32,000 nt of DNA from Crocosphaera subtropica ATCC 51142. Lineage in GTDB: Bacteria > Cyanobacteriota > Cyanobacteriia > Cyanobacteriales > Microcystaceae. The number at the start of each line of letters is the position of its first letter. The stretch's first letter is position 1. The notes under the pieces are model-generated. The model had not been told where the DNA came from. It saw only the letters and a program-made list of their open reading frames with translations, and did not search any database. Shown here piece by piece: positions 26,264 to 32,000 of this stretch. Where the stretch lies: the NCBI RefSeq assembly GCF_000017845.1, contig NC_010546.1:4110001-4142000 (forward strand), written 5' to 3'. Both the position numbers and the translations under genes were made by a program.

Positions 26264-26511
26264 AATTAAATTTAAAGAAACGTTAAAAAAACTTAAAAAA
26301 ACCTTGGATCTTAGGAAAAAAACCCTAGAAAATGATAAGGAGTATTAAGAGAATAGCCCTCCTTAAACTCAGATTATGTTTAGATTCTAAAGCAAGAATT
26401 AAGGCTTAAGGATAGCAAAAAAGGGATATTCTGGATCTTAGAAAGATCAATGGGAAACCATTTAACTTAAAGATTAGCAATTTTACTTAGTAATAGGGAG
26501 CGTGGGCAAAA

Positions 26512-27243
26512 TTGGAAACACATAAAGAGAAAATTTTAGTGGTTGATGACGAAGCGAGTATTCGTCGTATTCTAGAAACCCGTCTTTCTATGATTGGCTA
26601 TGATGTGGTTACCGCAGCCGACGGAGAGGAAGCCTTAGATATCTTTCACGAAGCCGTCCCCGACTTAGTGGTATTAGACGTGATGATGCCTAAATTAGAC
26701 GGTTACGGAGTCTGTCAAGAGTTACGCAAAGAATCAGATATTCCTATTATCATGTTAACCGCTTTAGGAGACGTGGCAGACCGCATTACAGGGTTAGAAT
26801 TAGGGGCCGATGATTATGTGGTCAAACCCTTTTCTCCCAAAGAGTTAGAAGCGAGAATTCGCTCAGTTCTCAGACGGGTTGAAAAAAATGGCGCACCCGG
26901 TATTCCCAGTTCTGGGGTTATTTCCATTGCCTCGATTAAAATTGATACTAATAAACGGCAAGTTTACAAAGGAGATGAACGTATCCGTCTGACTGGGATG
27001 GAATTTAGCTTATTGGAGTTATTGGTCAGTCGTTCGGGGGAACCCTTTTCCCGTTCCGAAATTTTACAAGAAGTTTGGGGTTATACCCCTGAACGTCATG
27101 TGGATACTAGGGTAGTGGATGTACATATATCTCGTTTGAGGGCAAAATTAGAAGATGATCCCAGTAATCCTGAATTAATTTTAACGGCTAGGGGAACAGG
27201 CTATTTATTTCAACGCATTTTAGAACCCGGTGAAGAACCTTAG
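26512..27243 (+). CDS. rpaB: OmpR-family response regulator RpaB (Ycf27)
   Basis: 243-aa ORF. METHKEKILVVDDEASIRRILETRLSMIGYDVVTAADGEEAL is near-identical in pattern to cyanobacterial RpaB. It has a receiver domain plus a winged-helix output (LTARGTGYLF). TTG start with GGGAG about 11 nt upstream. Confidence 0.9.
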   Translation: METHKEKILVVDDEASIRRILETRLSMIGYDVVTAADGEEALDIFHEAVPDLVVLDVMMPKLDGYGVCQELRKESDIPIIMLTALGDVADRITGLELGADDYVVKPFSPKELEARIRSVLRRVEKNGAPGIPSSGVISIASIKIDTNKRQVYKGDERIRLTGMEFSLLELLVSRSGEPFSRSEILQEVWGYTPERHVDTRVVDVHISRLRAKLEDDPSNPELILTARGTGYLFQRILEPGEEP

Positions 27244-27250
27244 TTATTTT

Positions 27251-27281
27251 TAGGGGTTTAATCCGATTAACCCCTAATTTT
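27251..27281 (+). terminator. Rho-independent terminator after rpaB
   Basis: TAGGGGTT (27251-27258) / AACCCCTA (27269-27276) hairpin followed by ATTTT, located 8 bp after the rpaB stop. Confidence 0.55.
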
Positions 27282-27409
27282 GAAAGTTACTAAATTAGTA
27301 ATAGCTTAATTATAAAACTGAAGAAATTAATAAAAAAATAGTGTATTTTGCTGAGTCTAGTACAATAGAATTCAAAATATAATGATGGGATAACCAACCA
27401 AGAGAGCTT

Positions 27410-28915
27410 ATGTGTGGGATTGCTGGGATTTGGGGAAAAACCAGTCAGAGTAATATTGAGGCCATGATGGAAAGCATCGTTCATCGCGGACCCGATGCTA
27501 ATGGTATTTTTGTAGTTCCGGATGGATCGGGAATTTTAGGCCATCAACGACTTAGTATTATGGATGTAGAAGGAGGAGATCAACCCATTTATGGAGATGG
27601 GAAAAAAGCAATTATTGGTAATGGGGAAATTTACAATTATCCTCAACTTTTTTCAGATTTAGAGTCAAAATATCAATTTGTTACCAAAAGCGATACCGAA
27701 GCGATTTTACATTTATATGACGACAAAAATATAACCGCTATCCCTGAATTGGATGGGATGTTTAGTTTTGCGATTATTGATAATAATAAATTTATTGCTG
27801 CTCGTGATCCCATTGGCATTAAGCCTCTATATTACAGTGAAAAAGATGGTAACTTTTGGTTTGCCTCAGAACTCAAAGCCATTACTCAATTTTGTGAAGA
27901 TGTAAAAGAATTTCCCCCCGGTACTTTCTTTTCTTCAGAAACGGGGTTTTCTACCTATTATAATTTACCTGATATTTCCCCAGATATTGATGCCAATGTC
28001 GATGATATTGTTAAAGAAATCCAGGAAACCGTACAAGCTTCGGTGGTTAAAAGATTAATGGCTGATGTTCCTTTGGGTGCGTTTCTTTCGGGGGGGTTAG
28101 ATAGTAGTATTATTGCAGCGATCGCTAAAAAACATAAATCCGAATTACACACCTTTTCTGTGGGAGTAGAAGGCAGTAAAGATATTAACGCAGCCCGCTT
28201 GGTTTCGGACTATTTAGGAACCATTCACCATGAATATTTAATTACTCCCAAAGAGGCGATCGCTAAATTGCCTGAGATTATTTATGCCCTAGAATCCTTT
28301 GATCAAGACTTAGTTAGAAGTGCCATTCCCTGTTATTTTACCTCCCGTTTAGCGGCCCAATATGTGAAAGTGATTCTCACAGGAGAAGGGGCTGACGAAC
28401 TATTTGCTGGTTATACTTATTACAAAGATATTACCAGTGATGCTATTTTACACACGGAATTAAGGCGATCAGTTTCTAGCTTACATAATATTAATTTACA
28501 GCGAGTTGATCGCTTAACAATGGCTCATTCCATTGAAGGAAGAGTACCATTTTTAGACCTCAAAATGATTGAATTAGGGCAAAAAATTCCGGCACATCTT
28601 AAACTGAGAGGCAACCCACCCGTAGAAAAATGGATTTTAAGAAAAGCCTTTGAAGATATCTTACCCGATGAAATTGTTTGGCGCAAAAAAGAACAATTTG
28701 ACGAAGGCAGTGGCACAGTGGATCTATTAGTGGATACCTTAAAAGATATTATGAGCGAAGAACAGGCTCAAACCTATCAAAAACAACATTCTCACATTAA
28801 TCTGCGATCAGCAGAAGAGTGTTACTATCATCAAATTTTTATGGATGTGTTTGATAATCCCACTGCCATTTTAAATAATGTTGCTCGTTGGGCCGATCGA
28901 CCTGTTTTAGTTTAA
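27410..28915 (+). CDS. asnB: asparagine synthase (glutamine-hydrolysing)
   Basis: 501-aa ORF. N-terminal nucleophile MCGIAGIWG (Ntn amidotransferase) and PP-loop FLSGGLDSS in the synthetase domain. Confidence 0.9.
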   Translation: MCGIAGIWGKTSQSNIEAMMESIVHRGPDANGIFVVPDGSGILGHQRLSIMDVEGGDQPIYGDGKKAIIGNGEIYNYPQLFSDLESKYQFVTKSDTEAILHLYDDKNITAIPELDGMFSFAIIDNNKFIAARDPIGIKPLYYSEKDGNFWFASELKAITQFCEDVKEFPPGTFFSSETGFSTYYNLPDISPDIDANVDDIVKEIQETVQASVVKRLMADVPLGAFLSGGLDSSIIAAIAKKHKSELHTFSVGVEGSKDINAARLVSDYLGTIHHEYLITPKEAIAKLPEIIYALESFDQDLVRSAIPCYFTSRLAAQYVKVILTGEGADELFAGYTYYKDITSDAILHTELRRSVSSLHNINLQRVDRLTMAHSIEGRVPFLDLKMIELGQKIPAHLKLRGNPPVEKWILRKAFEDILPDEIVWRKKEQFDEGSGTVDLLVDTLKDIMSEEQAQTYQKQHSHINLRSAEECYYHQIFMDVFDNPTAILNNVARWADRPVLV

Positions 28916-29088
28916 GACACTCTACCCTTTAACCTGAGTTCGGTGTTAGGAGTTCGGTGTTAGGAGTTCGGTGGTCGGAGTTAGGATTTTTTTAACGGGG
29001 GAATCAGGATTTGAGACTTCTTATTTTGACAAGTTATCTATAAATTTCCTTATATCTAACTCAGGTCTTGAGGGAACGGTAGAGTGTC
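28916..29088. mobile_element. MITE-like non-coding element with terminal inverted repeats
   Basis: Perfect 11-bp termini GACACTCTACC (28916-28926) / GGTAGAGTGTC (29078-29088). Sub-terminal inverted ACCTGAGTT (28932-28940) / AACTCAGGT (29058-29066). No ORF. It fills the gap between the convergent asnB and dnaK genes. A related fragment lies at 3683-3730. Confidence 0.45.
28936..28987. repeat. 14-bp tandem repeat (about 3.7 copies) inside the MITE-like element
   Basis: GAGTTCGGTGTTAG, GAGTTCGGTGTTAG, GAGTTCGGTGGTCG, GAGTTAGGAT. Confidence 0.85.
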
Positions 29089-29173
29089 AGCATAAAACGA
29101 AGTGTACTGATAACTAATAATAATTAAATCTTAAAATTGATTTTTCCATATCACGAATAACTGTTCAGTGATA

Positions 29174-31237
29174 TCAGTCCACTGCCTCATAGTCATTAGA
29201 AATCGTCTCATCATCATCAAAACTAAAAGTTACTTCTAAGTCGTCTATATCAACCTCATCAAGATCCTCAAACTCTTCTAAAGAATCTATATCAATAGAA
29301 GCAGTCGTTTGATAAGACACTGTGGTTCCTAAAGAAGACTCAGTTTGCTGTTGTGAGGGAACTCTAGTGGTTAACGGTTCCCCTAAAGTAGCCTCAAAGG
29401 TATTCTGAAATTCCTTACCATTGAGATTACCCTGTTGATAAACTTCTGTCCCCATGGTCAAAATTACTTGTCTAAAGTCATCCACATAAGCCTTTAATTT
29501 ATCTAAACTAAGACCAGAATTAGTCAAAGCTGCTTCTAGTTGTTCTTTCTTCTGTTTAGCTCTGACTTTTAACTCATCACTGATCAACTCACCATTTTCA
29601 TCGAGGGTTGTTTCATAGGTGTGGAATAAACTATCTGCTTGATTTTTGACTTCGATCATCTGCATTTGACGACGATCTTCTTCAGCGTATTTATGAGCAT
29701 CTTTCTGCATTCGCTCAATTTCGCTGGACTTCAATCCTCCTGTATGGCTAATAACAATACTTTGTTCTTTACCTGTCCCTTGGTCTTGGGCTGCCACCTT
29801 TAAAATACCATTAACATCAATTTCAAAACTGACCTCGATTTGTGGAACCCCTCTAGGGGCTGGAGGAATACCGGCTAAAAGACATTTTCCTAAACTGCGA
29901 TTATCTTTAGCTAAGGCCCGTTCCCCTTGCAACACATGGATTTCTACAGAAGTTTGACCATCCGTTGCTGTTGAAAAGACCTGAGATTTACTGGTGGGAA
30001 TGGTAGTATTTCGTTCAATAATTTTAGTAAAGACTTCCCCTAGGGTTTCGATACCCAGGGATAAAGGCGTTACATCTAATAATAAGACATCTTTCACTTC
30101 ACCCCCTAATACACCCCCTTGAATAGCGGCCCCTAAAGCTACAGCTTCATCAGGATTAATCGACCGTTCCATTTGACTATTGGGGAAAACCTGCTGAATT
30201 ACACGATGAATCGCTGGTATACGAGTTGATCCCCCCACTAAAACCACTTTTTCTAATTCTTCGGCTTCGAGTTCACAATCGTTGAGGGCTTGGGTTAAGG
30301 GTTGTAGGGTGGCTTGGGCTAGGTCTTTGGTTAAGTCCTCAAACTGGGCGCGAGTTAGCTCTGTTTCTAGGTGTTTTGGGCCAGTATCATCGGCGGTTAT
30401 AAAGGGAAGATTAATAGACGTGGTCAACATACTAGAAAGTTCGATTTTGGCTTTCTCGGCCGCTTCTCTCAGTCGTTGTAAGGCCATTTTATCGTGACTG
30501 AGATCGATGTTTTCCTCTTGTTTAAAATTGTCGGCCATCCACTGTACGATGGCATTATCAAAGTCATCCCCTCCCAGATGATTATTGCCGGCGGTGGCTT
30601 TGACTTCAAACACGCCATTTCCCAATTGTAAGATGGAAACGTCAAAGGTTCCGCCCCCTAAATCAAACACTAAGATATATTGTTCTTCATCTTGTTTATC
30701 CAGACCATAGGCTAAAGCGGCCGCAGTCGGTTCATTGATAATTCTACGGACATCTAACCCGGCAATAGTGCCGGCATCTTTAGTTGCTTGTCGTTGGGCA
30801 TCGGTAAAATAGGCAGGAACCGTGATTACAGCTTCGGTAACCGGTTCTCCTAAATAGTCTTCGGCATCTTTTTTTAACTTTTGTAATACCATTGAGGAAA
30901 TTTCTTGGGAGGTGTAATGTTGCCCACGAATTTCCACATTAACCATCTCCTCTCGTCCCATGACACACTTATAGGGAACTCGCGATCGCTCTTCTTCTGT
31001 TTCGTCCCAACGTCGCCCAATAAATCGCTTAATACTGTAGATCGTATTTTCTGCATTAGTAACGGCCTGTCGTTTGGCTAACTGACCGACTAATCTTTGA
31101 TTGCCTTTCCCAAAGGCCACAATACTTGGTGTTGTTCTTCCCCCCTCGGCGTTGGGTATTACTATGGGTTTGCCCCCTTCCAAAACCGCTACACAGCTAT
31201 TTGTGGTTCCTAGGTCAATACCGATGACTTTTCCCAT
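29174..31237 (-). CDS. dnaK: molecular chaperone DnaK (Hsp70), grpE-linked paralog with a long acidic C-terminal extension
   Basis: [28 protein letters not shown] and [10 protein letters not shown] motifs are present. The ATG at 31237-31235 is preferred; the ORF-track TTG at 31312 adds 25 non-conserved residues. It lies directly downstream of grpE, as for dnaK1 (sll0058) next to grpE (sll0057) in Synechocystis, from memory. Confidence 0.93.
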   Translation of the reverse strand: MGKVIGIDLGTTNSCVAVLEGGKPIVIPNAEGGRTTPSIVAFGKGNQRLVGQLAKRQAVTNAENTIYSIKRFIGRRWDETEEERSRVPYKCVMGREEMVNVEIRGQHYTSQEISSMVLQKLKKDAEDYLGEPVTEAVITVPAYFTDAQRQATKDAGTIAGLDVRRIINEPTAAALAYGLDKQDEEQYILVFDLGGGTFDVSILQLGNGVFEVKATAGNNHLGGDDFDNAIVQWMADNFKQEENIDLSHDKMALQRLREAAEKAKIELSSMLTTSINLPFITADDTGPKHLETELTRAQFEDLTKDLAQATLQPLTQALNDCELEAEELEKVVLVGGSTRIPAIHRVIQQVFPNSQMERSINPDEAVALGAAIQGGVLGGEVKDVLLLDVTPLSLGIETLGEVFTKIIERNTTIPTSKSQVFSTATDGQTSVEIHVLQGERALAKDNRSLGKCLLAGIPPAPRGVPQIEVSFEIDVNGILKVAAQDQGTGKEQSIVISHTGGLKSSEIERMQKDAHKYAEEDRRQMQMIEVKNQADSLFHTYETTLDENGELISDELKVRAKQKKEQLEAALTNSGLSLDKLKAYVDDFRQVILTMGTEVYQQGNLNGKEFQNTFEATLGEPLTTRVPSQQQTESSLGTTVSYQTTASIDIDSLEEFEDLDEVDIDDLEVTFSFDDDETISNDYEAVD

Positions 31238-31448
31238 AGCACTTATTTTTTTAAATAGTTCATCATTAATAAATTGGCTAAAAGTCACAGGAGATTTAAG
31301 AATAGCAACCAAGATTAAACCGATCGTTAATGGGTTACTGGATTGTTGTCTATTCCCTAGCCTGTAGCACTATGGTTCCTGCGACTTCTCCCCTTAATCT
31401 CTATATTACCCATTAATTTCCCTAGGGTTTTAGGGATAATTGCTTAAT

Positions 31449-32000
31449 TTACTCACCTGAGTTGGTTTCATCTGGGCTAGAACTTTCGGTTTCTTCGGGG
31501 GACTCTGTGGGTTTTTCTGCTGCTACTTTGACCATAGCATGGCGTAATACCTGATCTCCTAACATATAACCACGCATCAATTCTTCTATAACGGTTCCCT
31601 CTGGATATTCATCCGTGTATTCTCGTAACATGGCTTCATGATATAGGGGATCAAAAGGTTGACCTTCAGGACGCATGGGACTCACCCCTAGACGTTTTAG
31701 ACTATCTACTAGATTTTTGTAGACCCCTTGATAGCTTTTGTGAATAATGGCTTCTCCATCATTACTAGGGTTAATGGAGTTGCGGGCTCTCTCAAAGTTA
31801 TCTACGACGGACAATAATTCTCCAATGGTTCTACATTTAACCTGGGTTTCTAAGTCTTGTTTTTCTTTTGCAGTCCGTTTGCGATAGTTATCGAATTCCG
31901 CCGTCAGACGAATATGACTGTTTTTAAGCAAATCATACTGTTGGGCTTGTTCTTGTAGTTTGTTTTGTAGGGCTTCTAGTTGTTCAGTTAAGGCAGTAAT
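31449..32000 (-). CDS. grpE: nucleotide exchange factor GrpE (5' end outside the window)
   Basis: Contains [28 protein letters not shown] and [16 protein letters not shown]. The reading frame stays open upstream of the ORF-track Met to the window edge (...[20 protein letters not shown]), which matches the GrpE coiled-coil N-terminus. Confidence 0.9.
   Translation of the reverse strand: MTALTEQLEALQNKLQEQAQQYDLLKNSHIRLTAEFDNYRKRTAKEKQDLETQVKCRTIGELLSVVDNFERARNSINPSNDGEAIIHKSYQGVYKNLVDSLKRLGVSPMRPEGQPFDPLYHEAMLREYTDEYPEGTVIEELMRGYMLGDQVLRHAMVKVAAEKPTESPEETESSSPDETNSGE

Noticed and set aside
28936-28987. Possible CRISPR array (short direct repeats)
   Set aside because: The repeats are 14 bp and directly abutting with no spacers, there are only about 3.7 copies, and there are no cas genes. 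This is a microsatellite-like tandem repeat inside a MITE-like element.
31238-31312. 25-aa N-terminal extension of DnaK from a TTG start
   Set aside because: Hsp70 proteins begin at the conserved MGK(V/I)[10 protein letters not shown]. The extension is not Hsp70-like and depends on a rare start codon.
31313-31448. CIRCE heat-shock operator between grpE and dnaK (TAGCACT seen near 31365)
   Set aside because: Only a partial half-site is present and there is no matching GAGTGCTAA half at 9-nt spacing. The small TCCCTA/TAGGGA hairpin is too weak to call.

Overview
This is a chromosomal segment from a low-GC cyanobacterium, and it consists mostly of core housekeeping genes. Three things support that assignment: many copies of the HIP1 octamer GCGATCGC, a Yfr1-type sRNA directly upstream of trxA, and typical cyanobacterial genes (rpaB/ycf27, ctpA, a delta-9-type desaturase, and a grpE-dnaK pair of the dnaK1 type).

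Gene order is: hemA; a secreted DUF1400 protein plus a Tat-signal carotenoid-oxygenase pair; a two-gene operon of an uncharacterised triple-repeat protein plus a pentapeptide-repeat protein; arsR followed by a visibly decayed pstS'-pstC'-'pstB phosphate-transporter remnant; a GT4 glycosyltransferase; a hotdog thioesterase; pcrA/uvrD; Yfr1; trxA; a desaturase; glyQ; ctpA; xthA coupled to a solitary C5-cytosine DNA methyltransferase; mntP; a TVP38/DedA-like protein; a second GT4; a tandem-GNAT protein; radA followed by a DUF5671 protein and a small membrane protein; rpaB; asnB; dnaK; and grpE (partial at the window edge).

Reading by eye, I found no rRNA, tRNA, CRISPR array, transposase, integrase or recognisable defence or toxin cassette. 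I see no clear-cut novel multi-gene system. The most unusual items are:
- the triple-repeat/pentapeptide operon
- the arsR-linked degraded pst operon, with an in-frame pstC'/'pstB junction
- the xthA-dcm pair, with no restriction partner and an HTH-like tail on the methyltransferase
- the exported DUF1400/carotenoid-oxygenase pair
- a MITE-like inverted-repeat element carrying 14-bp tandem repeats

All family assignments come from motif recognition in the translations. No database search was possible.
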